The notes: a model not told the origin generated them from the letters alone. A DNA stretch of 35,153 bases from Paraphysomonas bandaiensis (GCA_965644295.1 CBFFRP010000306.1:1-35153), one strand, 5' to 3'; counted from the stretch's first letter, positions 22,210 to 33,923 are shown. A program made the numbers and translations.

Positions 22210-25200
22210 TTAATAAGACGCACGGACCTGAGGATATTTGTTGGCAAAATCCTCGTCCACGAGTACCATTGTGCTAGCATTCACCTCGGAATGAACAAAG
22301 CAATGCACTAGGTAATTATCATAACGGTAGGTACGGAGAGTGAGAAGATCCTTCACCGATAAAACCCGCTTAGAGCTCTTGTGATACCAGTGTGTGAACT
22401 GGATAGGAGCTACATAAGTAATGAGATGAGAATCTGGTAATTCCAACTCATCGTACCAAGCATCACCATAAATTCGCAAATCAACATAGGCTAGATCACC
22501 AGGTTGAAACTGAGTGATCGGTTGCCGGCGGAAATCCGCGATGTATTTCTTTGCATAGTCAGCAGTATAAATAAGATGGTAAAGATATCGTTTTCGAGAA
22601 CAAAATTCAGCATAAGGAACAGAATCAAAAATATCCTTGCTGTAAGGAACTTCTCGGACATCTCCATCTTGAAAACGCACAGTGAAAACCATGGTAGATC
22701 GAACCTCTCTATCACCACGATAATAAAGAATTTCATCAATAACATGTTGATCCTGATCGCGTAAAGCCATTTTATAAGCAGTATCAGAATCTCCCGGAAA
22801 CAATTTAACATCGCTCACGGAAACACAAACCACTTGCCCAGTGGCGAGATGTTGACAATCTACGTCATTCTTGTATTGGGACTTGACTGAGAAAGGTCCC
22901 ATATACCGGTGAGACATCTTAGGATGAACCTTTGCCCCTTTGTCAAATAAGACAAAATCTCCCGGTTGATACCTATTCTGTCTATCGGGATGCACACCTG
23001 TTCCTGCCCTCTCCGTGGCTAACTTTTGCTGATAAGCTTTGGAAGCCTCTCAGAGTTGGGCTAACTGATCATTAAGCGCAGTGAGTCGAGCATGCGCCCG
23101 ATCTGGAAGGTCTTTGAGATCCATGTTCAAATAGTCAAGATCCTTGAGCCAAACGTCAACTCAAAAGGCGAAAATCCTGTTTCCGAAGACACTTCAGAAT
23201 TTAGAAGATATTGAACACTTGCTAACCAACTAGGGTCCTCAAAGATGTCTTTTCGTTCCTCCCGTTCACTGTAATCATAGACCAGAGCACGTAGATGTCG
23301 AACTACTTCCCCAATAATTCTTTCACATCCATTTGCATGGCGATTGGCAATACTAAAAGTGTGCCGAACACCCATGTACTCCGTCAACTGTTTGAACAAA
23401 TCTGAAGTCAAATCCGGTCCTTGATCCGAGATTATTAGATCGGTGTGACCGTAATGACTCCAGTATTTCCATATAGTATTTGCAAGATTAAGAGCCGTCA
23501 CACCTTTGACAGGTTCAAGGTACACAAACTTGGTGAAAAGATTGACCACCACGTTGATATGTGTATATCCCTCTGCACCGTGAGGTGTAATCTCAACAGC
23601 ATCTATACCAATCGCGCTACGAGCATTTGGGGGCTTGAGATTTCGTACGATCGGAATAAGAGCCTCCTTCATAGCCAACCTCGTTTTCACACAATTTGGG
23701 CACTTAGAGATATAATCCTCAACAACCTTGTAAGGAATATTATGACCCGGGAACTCTTTGTTTAAGCGTATCCAGGTAGCCCTTCCCCCCATGTGTCCAA
23801 CTCGCGCGTTATGAACCTCACGCAACGCCGTCTCCGGTGATACATGAGATGTTGGAGGGTCCCCAATCTCTCGATCATCCGGGTTCATAAAGTTACCCAG
23901 AAAGTTAAAGTACTCATACTCATTACAGTCATCCCCCATGAAATAGGCGTCGTCATATTCCTCCTCTGGGAATATTCCAGAGAGTATAGCAACCTGATGC
24001 TCTCTAGATAACCAGTCCGCCAACCAATTCTTGGCACCAGATATATGACGAATGCTGAAGTTGAAAGACTGCAAGAATATCCTCCATCGTGTAATCTTTG
24101 GAACATCCGAAGATTCCATCCACAATAAATTGTTATGGTCGGTCTCAATTGTGAATTGCTTGCCTATTAAGTAATAAGCCAAGTGTTTAACACTGTAGAA
24201 AATTCCATATGCCTCTTGCTCTATAGTTGACCACTTCTGAGCTTGGGCAGAAAACTTTTTGGAAATGAAAGCTATTGGCTGCCACTGTATGCTCCCATCC
24301 TCTAATATTTTCTTTTGCAATAACACTGAACCTATTCCCAACTCACTAGCGTCAGTACGCAATGTCCACTCAAGATTATAATCCGGATAAAACAGCTCAC
24401 AAGCGTCTTGTAGTCCGGCGATGAAACGACGATACTCTGCCTCGTAGTCATGCCGCCATGTGGACTTATCCCAATTGAAACTCGACTTTGTCATGTCAGT
24501 CAAGTGAGCAACTAAATCAGAGTATCTAGGCGTAAAACTAGAAAAGAATACCCCTTTACCCAGCAACGATCTGGCCTGTTTGGTGTTAGTAGGCATTGGA
24601 ATCTTGCCGAGAGCCTCCTTCTTGTCGGGATTAACCTCATATGACTTGTGACGGCAAACATATCCAAAGAAATCCACCTTTCTAAACCCCAACCAGCTTT
24701 TTGGCATCTTAAGTTTCACATTCCTTTCAATACATCTGTCAATGATCTTTTCGAACTTCTCATAAGCATCCTTGGCATCATTAGCCAATATAAGCATGTT
24801 ATCGAAAATGACTATGGCCCACTCAGAGAAATCATCGAATATTTCTCTCACAGTTTCCTGTAAAACACCCGTGGCCGGAGCAATACCCTCTGGCATGAAA
24901 TTAGGAGCAAATTGCCCCCAAGGCGTCTGAATTGATAGGCGCTCAGAAGTTTCATCATCTAATGGAATTTGATGAAAAGCATTTGTTAAATCTATATCCA
25001 TGTAGAGCGGAAAATTGATAATCTTGTCCAACTCATGCTTAACATTAGGAATCGTATAATTTCCCACTTCCATGTGCTTGTTAATTTGCACATAGTCACC
25101 ACAAAAACGGATGTATGGAGGAGTGGCTTTGGGAGCAACCACTAGGCATGAAGCCCAAGGAGAACGACTCTTTCGGTAGAAATAGCCACACAGTCGCCGA

Positions 25201-26192
25201 AACTCCTTCTCCGAAGCCTCCCACAGCTTAGGATTGATCGGGCGAGCCTTTGGTTTTATTCGATCCGGGAGAGTGCTTTTCCATTTTAGAGACAATGGGT
25301 CCACACCTCTCACACCGCTCCATTCGTCAGGCACGAACACTTTTTCAGCCTTCGTTGACAACAATTCCATAATCTTAGTTTCACTTTTCATTTCATCACT
25401 GACATGAGTCTCTATCTGCTCATGATAGTCTTGGAGGGCTTCCTCCCTAGACTTTCCTAAGAATGTCAACGCATCCTTGAATTGAACCGGTAACTCGGTT
25501 TCCTCATCCTCTGGGGCAATAGCATCACTCGCTCTTGTCCAGGGGTGCACACGGTCATCAGAGTCAACCGTGTCCCCTGCCAGAGATGACAACACATTCG
25601 AATTTTCATTATCGGAGACACCCTCGATTTGAGTGTCATGTGCCTCACGCATAACAGCACACATGAAAGGATATAGTTTTCCAGTCAGCGCAGGCAACCC
25701 CAAAATAATATCATTACTCGTCATATCAATCACAAAGAATTCACCCGTATATTGATAGGTATGACTCTTCGGATCAGTCAGCACTAAATTTAATCTGACT
25801 CCTTCATTGAGATCCTTCACCGTTCTACTATCCGCCAATACCACACGGTGTTTAGCTTTATAAAAACGGCTCGGTTCTAGTTTGTTCCGCAATCTGTCCA
25901 CCAAATCCCTCGACACATAATTGGCTGAGAGGGCTCCAGTGTCACACAATATTTTTACTAACTCCTCTATTCCAAATTTTCTATCTAAAGTAATCCTTCC
26001 TATAGTGTGCGCTGAAGAGAAGCTCTTGGATGAAGGATAGCAGGCATACAGCTTAGCCTGATCCCCGATACAGACATTGGAGGAATTCGCAAACTCATTA
26101 AGGTCATTAGAATGCACTGAACATTCATCATTCTCATCACGAGTCTTTGAATTAGAATCCTCCCTGTCTGTATCGTTACATCCACCGAACCA
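22210..26192 (-). CDS. pol: Gypsy Pol (protease, RT, RNase H, integrase, chromodomain-like tail); 1-nt frameshift at ~23145 and in-frame TGA at 23050-23052
   Basis: LCDTGA; RFCGDY, DLTNAFHQI, MPEG, IFDN; TDASELG, EQEAY, TDH, ADWLSR; HNARVGH...CPNC, IGID, SDQG, NGCE; YMGPF; IDEILYYRG...FTVRF. Confidence 0.93.
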
Positions 26193-28004
26193 TCAAGGGC
26201 GGGAATCACCGAAGTGATCCCTCCTCAAGATGGTCGGTTGTTTGTCCCTCTGCTCCGAACTTCCCGCAGACTTAAGATACGCATCGATCTTGTCCCGCAT
26301 TTCGGACGCAGAATCCAACAGACATTTCGCATTATGATTATAAGGACAGTCTGTTTTGTCGCACTTGCCATACATGATTTTCCTAAGACACCCATACTTA
26401 TCGGTCTTATTATTCTGAGCACCAGTGGGTCTGGAATGCATGGCTGACAGAGACCTATCTGAGTTAAAACGACGCTCCTCATCAACTGCTGCGTCCTTAC
26501 CCGACATTGGTTTCACATCTGTCATCATAGCGACTTGTTTATCGTCATGTACCTCCAGATTGCTGGACCGCCAAGTCTCACTCGGAGCATCCCACAAATC
26601 ATCATCATTGGGTACATACCCATCATTATCATCCCACTCATCGTTATAGTTTCCTCCAGACTCATCGTAAGTATCTAGATGTGACACTTGCGAAACCCTT
26701 GGTTTAGAATCAACACGACTGTTCAACGAAGGTTTGTTGGACTGTTGAGAGAATAGTTCCTTTCTCCTCTTAAGATAGTCCTCGTGCTTCTGTTGAAACA
26801 TCGTAGTCGACTCCATAGGTAACTGTCGGTACGCGATGGTTACTTGATAATGATCCAAGAGTACAGCCGAATACTCTTTGAAAAATTCGCTCATAGAGTC
26901 AAATTTATTTGTCGACATGCACCCCAACACATACTTAACATAGGTCCCGTCATTCAAAGTCTTAAAGAGTCTTATCAATCCGTACTCTTTGTCATCGATA
27001 CGAGGACACCATGTTTTGTTTGAGACCAACATGATAGACAACATTGTTTGGAACGATTGCATCAAGTTCAATTGCTGATGATAGAATGCCTCAAAAGTCA
27101 CAGCATTTACATACTTCCAGTCCATGATCTGGATATGTTTCAAGGAATCTCTGAGTTCATTATAAAATGCCACGCAATTGAACACCTTGGTCTCCTGAGC
27201 CACAATGAGAAGCAAATCCGAAACATCCATTTGTGCTAGCTGCGCATGTGTGATGCTGTACACATTCCGCAGATGTGCCTTCAAACTGGTTGAAAGTACC
27301 TTTTGAATTCGCACCTCAGTTTCTTCTTGCTCTTGAAACTCTAAGATGTCTTTGATCGCCTTCGCCACTTTACCCAACTTAAAGTCATTGATGCGAACAT
27401 GACACCTCCTTTCCTCTCTAGTTATGGTAACTGTTTTGGCACTAGCCACCTCAGAACTTTTCTTCAAATCCCTGAATAACTTGCCCGCTTTCTTGCCCTT
27501 AAAGATGTTATCCATGAGGGTAGGCACATCATTAACACCATCACCATCAACATCGGGATTCGAACCATCGTCCTCCTTGTTGCTATCTTCCTCCTGAGGA
27601 ATAATGCGAAACTTAGCCATGTTTTCCAGAGTGGAATACCTCGGCTGACGTTTGTGTTTCGACGTGCGCTTGGTAACCTTTTGCCGCTGATGTGAGCCCA
27701 CAGAAGCCTGAGACTGACTGCTCTCACCATCCTCAACATTTTGTACTCTATTCTCCAATATTTGCATCCTGCTGCTGAGGTTAGACACTGCAGTAGCCAC
27801 CTCTGTAAAAGACTGAGACATGGCACGAACTGTATCCAAAATCTCCTGGTTTGGATTGATGTTTGGAGCAGAAGACTCCTGAACGACATCCTGCACACCT
27901 CCAGCAGCGTCTTGTTTGGTTTCACCACTACCACCAGCGGCTTCCTGATCTTTCCCAGGAGTTTTCTTGCCGCCTCTCCTCGTTTTACCAGTCGGAGTTG
28001 ACAT
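26193..28004 (-). CDS. gag: Gypsy Gag (603 aa) with a C-terminal CCCH-type finger
   Basis: Long ORF directly upstream of and in frame with pol; N-terminal coiled coil; C-x8-C-x4-C-x3-H (CLRKIMYGKCDKTDCPYNH). Confidence 0.85.
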   Translation of the reverse strand: MSTPTGKTRRGGKKTPGKDQEAAGGSGETKQDAAGGVQDVVQESSAPNINPNQEILDTVRAMSQSFTEVATAVSNLSSRMQILENRVQNVEDGESSQSQASVGSHQRQKVTKRTSKHKRQPRYSTLENMAKFRIIPQEEDSNKEDDGSNPDVDGDGVNDVPTLMDNIFKGKKAGKLFRDLKKSSEVASAKTVTITREERRCHVRINDFKLGKVAKAIKDILEFQEQEETEVRIQKVLSTSLKAHLRNVYSITHAQLAQMDVSDLLLIVAQETKVFNCVAFYNELRDSLKHIQIMDWKYVNAVTFEAFYHQQLNLMQSFQTMLSIMLVSNKTWCPRIDDKEYGLIRLFKTLNDGTYVKYVLGCMSTNKFDSMSEFFKEYSAVLLDHYQVTIAYRQLPMESTTMFQQKHEDYLKRRKELFSQQSNKPSLNSRVDSKPRVSQVSHLDTYDESGGNYNDEWDDNDGYVPNDDDLWDAPSETWRSSNLEVHDDKQVAMMTDVKPMSGKDAAVDEERRFNSDRSLSAMHSRPTGAQNNKTDKYGCLRKIMYGKCDKTDCPYNHNAKCLLDSASEMRDKIDAYLKSAGSSEQRDKQPTILRRDHFGDSRP

Positions 28005-28537
28005 GGTTACTGAGAAGAACTTCCGCCTTAAAGACTATATCCACCAAACCTTTCCCTAACACACTGAGACAAGCAACCCTGGCAACTCCTAGAACCACTG
28101 ACCCAGAACTCAACAACACACCACAAGACAAATCCCAAAGACAACCCTGCGTAAGAATCCAAAAACTCAACACTCAACACTCAACACTCAAAACCCGTTG
28201 AACCCGTCGGATTTGTACAAGTGACAACAGTTAACACACAGGCGGTATCCACGGTCGATTGACTTCGAAAAGAACCGGATTTCCCCAGTCACCACACTGT
28301 GTATCAAACAATCACCACTGAACAAAGAGCCTAGAGAACAACTACTGACAACTCACACCCAGAGAACAACAGACAACCAACAACCACAAGCAACCGAAGG
28401 CAACAGACAACAAGCCCAAAGAATCAAGCCCAAAGAATCAAGCCCAAAGAAGCGTGTCGCAGTTAGTTTCTTATAAGAGTGTGAAACAACAGCGCAAAGA
28501 CAGAAATTTCTGTACGAGCAGTAAAGTAAATATTTAC

Positions 28538-30919
28538 TATAACAACACCCGGTTTGATAACCAGGGTGTTGGCTCGTAAACAATAAAACTACATAGATTA
28601 AACCATAGTCTGCAACCATACTGAAAAAAATAGAAAAAAAACTGAAAATAACGTCGATTTTCATACATAAAATAACTGTCATAAAATCAGTCAAAATCAG
28701 ACAATGTGATCCACACTTCACACTTCACATCACAGTGTTGAGTCAGCGAATTGCAGGTCAAATTAATGTGCTGGTAAGTTCATTGTATCCCCCATTCACT
28801 CATAGTTTAACATGGCATTTCGAAAGCGCAAATCAGGTTCTCTTTGCAACGATGAAGATGACGCGACATGAAGCTCAGTGCGTGCTCAGGAAATAGAGAT
28901 CACTGGGCGCTGGAGACCAATTGATTTGGCCAATGAGTCATACCATCTGCCTCATACGGTTGATGCAGATCGATACCCTACGTTTAATTTGCGCACTGTC
29001 AGCTTCCTCAAGATATTCGTGCGTTTTGTTACAGTATCTCTTGCGACGAAAATAGCCCAGGATATTGACCCTGCCGACTTGAGATATGACTGTGGATCAG
29101 TAATTTTGCTTTCATTGCGTTCTATATATAAGCCTCTTGCAATTTGGATTCGAATTTATGGAGAACAACATGCCCCAAATGGTGTAATACGTCATTCGCG
29201 ACCTTTGCGCGAGCAACTTATATGGTACTGAGACCACTTTAGGGATTGCTATCCAAGGATTGATTCTCTTGGCATACGATTCATGGAAATTGTGACAACA
29301 AAATTTTTATTTGACAGTTGACTCGTATTATCTTGATGAAGCTGCAAGAGAAGGGCTTGCAAGGAAGAAAGTAAGATATTGGAGCTTAGAACCCACAGCG
29401 CTTCCAAGCACTCACTCGTGAAGTTCGTGAAGGTGTCAATAAGCGAGGACAGTGGAATGGAGTGTGGAATCAACAGCGTAAAGAACCCCTAGTTCATTCT
29501 TATACCAAGGATGGCAAGAAATAAACCGCCTTGTTCAATGCTTATCATAGATCACCTACGAAGTCTACCACCAATTCTGTGCCTGTGTGCTCCGACTACG
29601 GTAAGATGTTTGCAGCATGTGATGTATTCAATTCGCAGATTAAAGAGAGGATATGGCCTCATCGGCATGGTAGTGGAGGGCATCTACGCGAAAGAGGAAA
29701 GTGTAGCTCGTTTGCGTTCGGCTGTGGTTCGCAAAATACATTCCATGCGTATTGTAGTATTTGTTCGATAGATACAAATAGTATCGATTATTATAGTTCT
29801 GTAACTCGTTAGCTAGTGAATTGTACACACATGCTGATACTCTATCTAAGGAAACTATAGAATAGAGGGGTACCGTGATTGGTTTACTCAGTGTTGTAAT
29901 AATTCCACTTTATATCATTGGTTACAGACTATGGTTACAGACTATGGTTTAGTCTAACAACAACACCTACACTGAACCAACAAGCACAGTAATAACGGTA
30001 TTATTATTAAAACACTTTTTTCCAAGTTTAGACCTAAACTCAGTTAGTGACTCCCGCGAAGAGTCACCGCGCAATGGTATACCGCTGGCACCCAAGATCA
30101 CTAGCACCAAGCTTTGGTCTAACTTAAAACAAGTGATAAACACCATAGAAGCATATATGCACACACACACACTCCTAACATGGTACAACACACGTGGTGT
30201 CATCACACCACCACAGGTTGCGTAACTCTTCAATCAAAACTGAAAAATACACAGCAACCTGATAGGGAGTGACTCACCAGCATATGCCGAGAGTACACCG
30301 TATACTACGTATCTATACCCTACCAGAGACTGAAAACCCCATAATCCAGGAAATACATAAATACAGTACGTATAGTACGTATAGTACGTATAGTACGCAC
30401 ACCACATTTGCAATCGAACCCCAATAAGCCTTGCATAAACACTCGTGCACCTCAAGTGAACAATAGCGACTTCCCTCTTATGATGGTCACATGTACTTGC
30501 CCCCCTATAGGGTAGTATGGGTAATACATGTATGTATGTATATGGAAGTATATACTGCAACTGCTATACAGGAATACGGGCCCACATAACTTTGATATAA
30601 ATTTGCAGCAGGTTTCACATCGACCGAAGTCACCAGCAGCAGATCATAGTCGTACATCATCATCAGCAGATAAAAATTGGACATGATACCCGAACGTTGG
30701 CTCAATATGTAGATACACTGTGGTACATTACCAATGTCCAAATGGTGTTGCATAATATGTATCCTGAACACAATGAAGGTCCTAAAGCAATATATAGGGT
30801 CCTGATATAGGGTCCTAAACCAACATAGGGTCCTAAAAGTCAATGTAACCATGCATGTGACTCAATAGCGTGATACTATAGCCACGTAGATAGGGCATGG
30901 GAAATGCCACGTGGTCACA
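28538..30919 (-). repeat. 5' LTR, interrupted by a DNA transposon at 28594-29956
   Basis: Both pieces match 21007-22022 collinearly. Confidence 0.93.
28594..29956 (+). mobile_element. Non-autonomous piggyBac-like DNA transposon with 27-bp TIRs and a 3-bp TSD (ACA)
   Basis: TIR TAGATTAAACCATAGTCTGCAACCATA versus 29930-29956 (2 mismatches). The empty site is visible in the other LTR. Broken ORF 28812-29865 with a piggyBac-like C-terminal block VPVCSDYGKMFAACDVFNSQIK...QNTFHAY; family assignment is by motif resemblance only. Confidence 0.75.
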
Positions 30920-31250
30920 CTGAGGACACAACTCTGCCCACTCGAGCCATTCTCGAGCAACTGCTGGGTCACTCCTGTTATATTTCTCCGTCATCTTATT
31001 TCACCTAGAGGTCTGTGATAAGTGTCCCCCCTTGTACCACTATGTAGTTCTATCTGCCCACTTCAACAAGAAGCTTAAATGCTAGTGCACAGTCGGCAGG
31101 TGGTACAAGACTATGCGGGCAGAAGATACTTCTTCGGTGCCATTCTACGTACCAAATGCGTATCTCCCCGATATGATGCGATGCTATTGCCTCTTTCAGA
31201 TAGTACTCTGACCAAGTGGTTTAGAGTTGTTGGTTTATCAAAATTCAAGA
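30920..31250 (-). pseudogene. 5' part of the Gypsy-interrupted gene (decayed)
   Basis: MTEKYNRSDPAVAREWLEWAELCPQ continues in frame to SDNAQDYVTQ at 21002; stops occur further upstream. Confidence 0.5.
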
Positions 31251-31254
31251 AAGA

Positions 31255-33126
31255 CTATGCCAATCCAGTTAAGGTAACAGACTTCCCGGAGTACTGTAGA
31301 CCTTGATCGATAGTGCCTTTGAGGTACCTAAGTATGTTTAATGCGACTTTGCATGTAGTTAGATTTGGATTAGTACTGAAACGAGCAAGGGTGTTTACAG
31401 CATATGCAATATCAGGTCTAGTGTACACAGCAATATACATAAGTGAACCTATGAGCTCCTTGTAAGGAAAATTTTGGACAAATTCTTGATTTTCTTGGGA
31501 TAGTTGTTTCTTTTCGAGAATGTCTATATGAAAATTTGTTGTCATGGGGTGACTACTACGTGGCTTGCAATCTTCCATGTTGAATCTGCGGAGTAGGTTC
31601 CGTATGTATTGAGATTGATTTAGTGTCGTAGCTCGATTCTGTATAATATCCTGTTTGACGAATATGCCGAGGTAGTAATCTAGGAGGCCGAGATCATGAA
31701 TGTCGAATTTTTCAGCTAACGAATTCTTGATTTGGATTATGTCAGTCCTACTTTTAGCGGCGATAATGATGTTTTCGACGTAAACTGCCAGAATTATGGG
31801 TCGACCATTGATTGATTTCGTGAATATGCACGGGTCGGACACTAATCTGGTAAAACCACAGTCTAACAAATAATTAGTACAACATTTATACCAATTTAAC
31901 CTGGACTGTTTGAGTCCGTATATACTCTTTAGAAGTCTGAGGACTTTACCGTTTGGAACATTGAGACCAGCGGGTGGATATACATGTAAATTTCCTCTTG
32001 GAGGTCTGCATTGATGTAAGCAGTGGAGAAATCTACCTGGTGAAGCTCCAACCCAAGTATAGTTGCTAGTGCTATGACTGTTCTCATTGATGTGGCCTTT
32101 GCAACTGGGCTGTAGGTTTCGTTGTAGTCTTTACCCTCGACCTGGGAGAAAATTTGAGCCACTAACCTCGCCTTGAAGGTAACCTCATCTCGCTTGACCT
32201 TTACCCTAAACACGAATTTTCCCCTTATGATGTTGGAATTTGCTGGTGGTGTCGTTATCCTTCAACAGCCTTTGCTCTCTAGAGACTTGATTTCTTTGTT
32301 GATGGCTCTCAGCCATTGTTCCTTGTACCTGCCTGATAGTGCCTCACCAACATTGTTAAGTGTGTTAGTAGGTACATCATTGCTACATGTGTCATTTGCA
32401 TGCATAATGATGTCAACATCATTCATGTATAATGTTCTGTAACTATCATGTTTATCAGGTGTTTTGTGGTTGTACAGATATCTTTTATCAACATCACAGT
32501 GGTATATATTGTCACCGAATTTGTGTACATTCATGATTACCCTTTTTCTAGTCTGCCTCTTGCTGTGGAGACTTTTCTTTACGCAACGGCTCACCTTGTG
32601 ACAGTGGGGTGTCCTTACACCCGTAATTGTGCCATCCGGGCTTTGCCAGCTCCTGTCACCCTGGGAATTCACAGTCTTGATAGCTCGTTTGACCTTACGA
32701 GCAGGGTGATCACGCTTGTTGTCACCCCGTGCCTCCTTCGGCACTGTATTCCGCTGAGCTTCTGCTGTGCGGCGAGGCCTTGCCTCTTTTTCATTTGAGT
32801 AGGGTCCTCTCAAATGGCTGTGACTCCCGCGCCGTGTGGCGTCATGACGGCTATCGGTTGAACTGCCCCTCCCTGGAGCTGTTCCTTCCACGGGGCATCC
32901 TGGTTCCTCTTGCGGGGGTGATACCGCGTTCTGATAACTAAAGTGCTCGGCGGTGTATCTTTCGATGTCCGCAGCGTGTATTGGGTCATTTAACTCGATG
33001 ACCCGCCCTTCATTTCTCGTGGGGCCAATCCTCTGTAAGCAGCCACGTGGCCTTTGATGACTGTGATTCTTGTCGTGATGTATTGGAGGCCATCCTGTGG
33101 ATCTGTGTGGGTCATTCCAACGAGGT
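31255..33126 (-). mobile_element. Ty1/Copia pol remnant (IN-RT linker and RT), with frameshifts and stops
   Basis: WLRAINKEIKSL, FKARLVA, YNETYSPVA, HQVDFSTAYINADL, SDPCIF, AVYVENIII (degraded YVDD), YKELIGSLMY, TRPDIAYAV, ILRYLKGT. Confidence 0.92.
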
Positions 33127-33600
33127 ACACACAGAGAACAAATACGATGAACGAAAAATCAAGTTTTTCTTATCCTCTCTTCCATTAGCAAGCTAATATA
33201 ACGCCCTCTGTAAACAGGGCTTAAAGCTATAAAATAACTTAAATATATAAAGTTAATATAATATTTAAAAAGTAATAAATTAAAAAACAAATTTAAAAAA
33301 TATACTATAAAATATACTTAAAATTCAAAAAGTAATAAAGAACCTTAATATTTTATAGTATATTTTTGAGTATATTTTTAGAAATTTTTAATAATTTTTT
33401 TTATAAAAGACGTATGATAATAGAATAAATATACTAATTACTATACTCAAAAATAAACTTATTAGTAGACGAAGTAATAAAGCGGACTAGTCGTAGTTGC
33501 TGGAAAGATATAAGGTAAGGGTTAGTGATAGTCATCGTAGTAGTTGCAAGCAAAAAATAAATTTTCAAAATAATTTTCATTGTTTAACTCATGAATACTT

Positions 33601-33720
33601 TTCAAAATAATTTATCAAAAATATTTATTCTATTCAAAATATTTTTTCAAAATAATTTATCAAAAATATTTATTCTATTCAAAATATTTTTTCAAAATAA
33701 TTTATTCTATTCAAAATAAT
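33601..33720 (+). repeat. 45-bp AT-rich tandem repeat (2 copies plus a partial copy)
   Basis: TTCAAAATAATTTATCAAAAATATTTATTCTATTCAAAATATTTT at 33601 and 33646, partial at 33691. Confidence 0.9.
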
Positions 33721-33923
33721 TTTTACGTTATTACCAATTAAAAAATTATTAAAAAGCAAAATGGTTTAAAGAGATAATTTTAAAAAGGCCATGAAAGATG
33801 TCAAAAAGAAAAAACGGATGAAGGTTAATAAATAGTTGAATACACACACGCAACAAACAATAAACAAAATAGTTTTAAAAAATCGGCTCCTTTCTTTAAA
33901 GTATGATAAAGAAATGCTTGAAC

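Larger units (their letters stand above)
21007..30919 (-). mobile_element. Full-length Ty3/Gypsy LTR retrotransposon (chromodomain-bearing), 4-bp TSD CTGA
   Basis: Two ~1016-bp LTRs that appear identical; CTGA at 21003-21006 and 30920-30923; gag followed by PR-RT-RH-IN order. Confidence 0.97.

Noticed and set aside
23050-26195. Alternative genetic code (TGA as a sense codon) to explain in-frame stops in the Gypsy element
   Set aside because: The three host gene models have no internal TGA and use TGG for Trp; the 23050 site fits an Arg CGA-to-TGA change.
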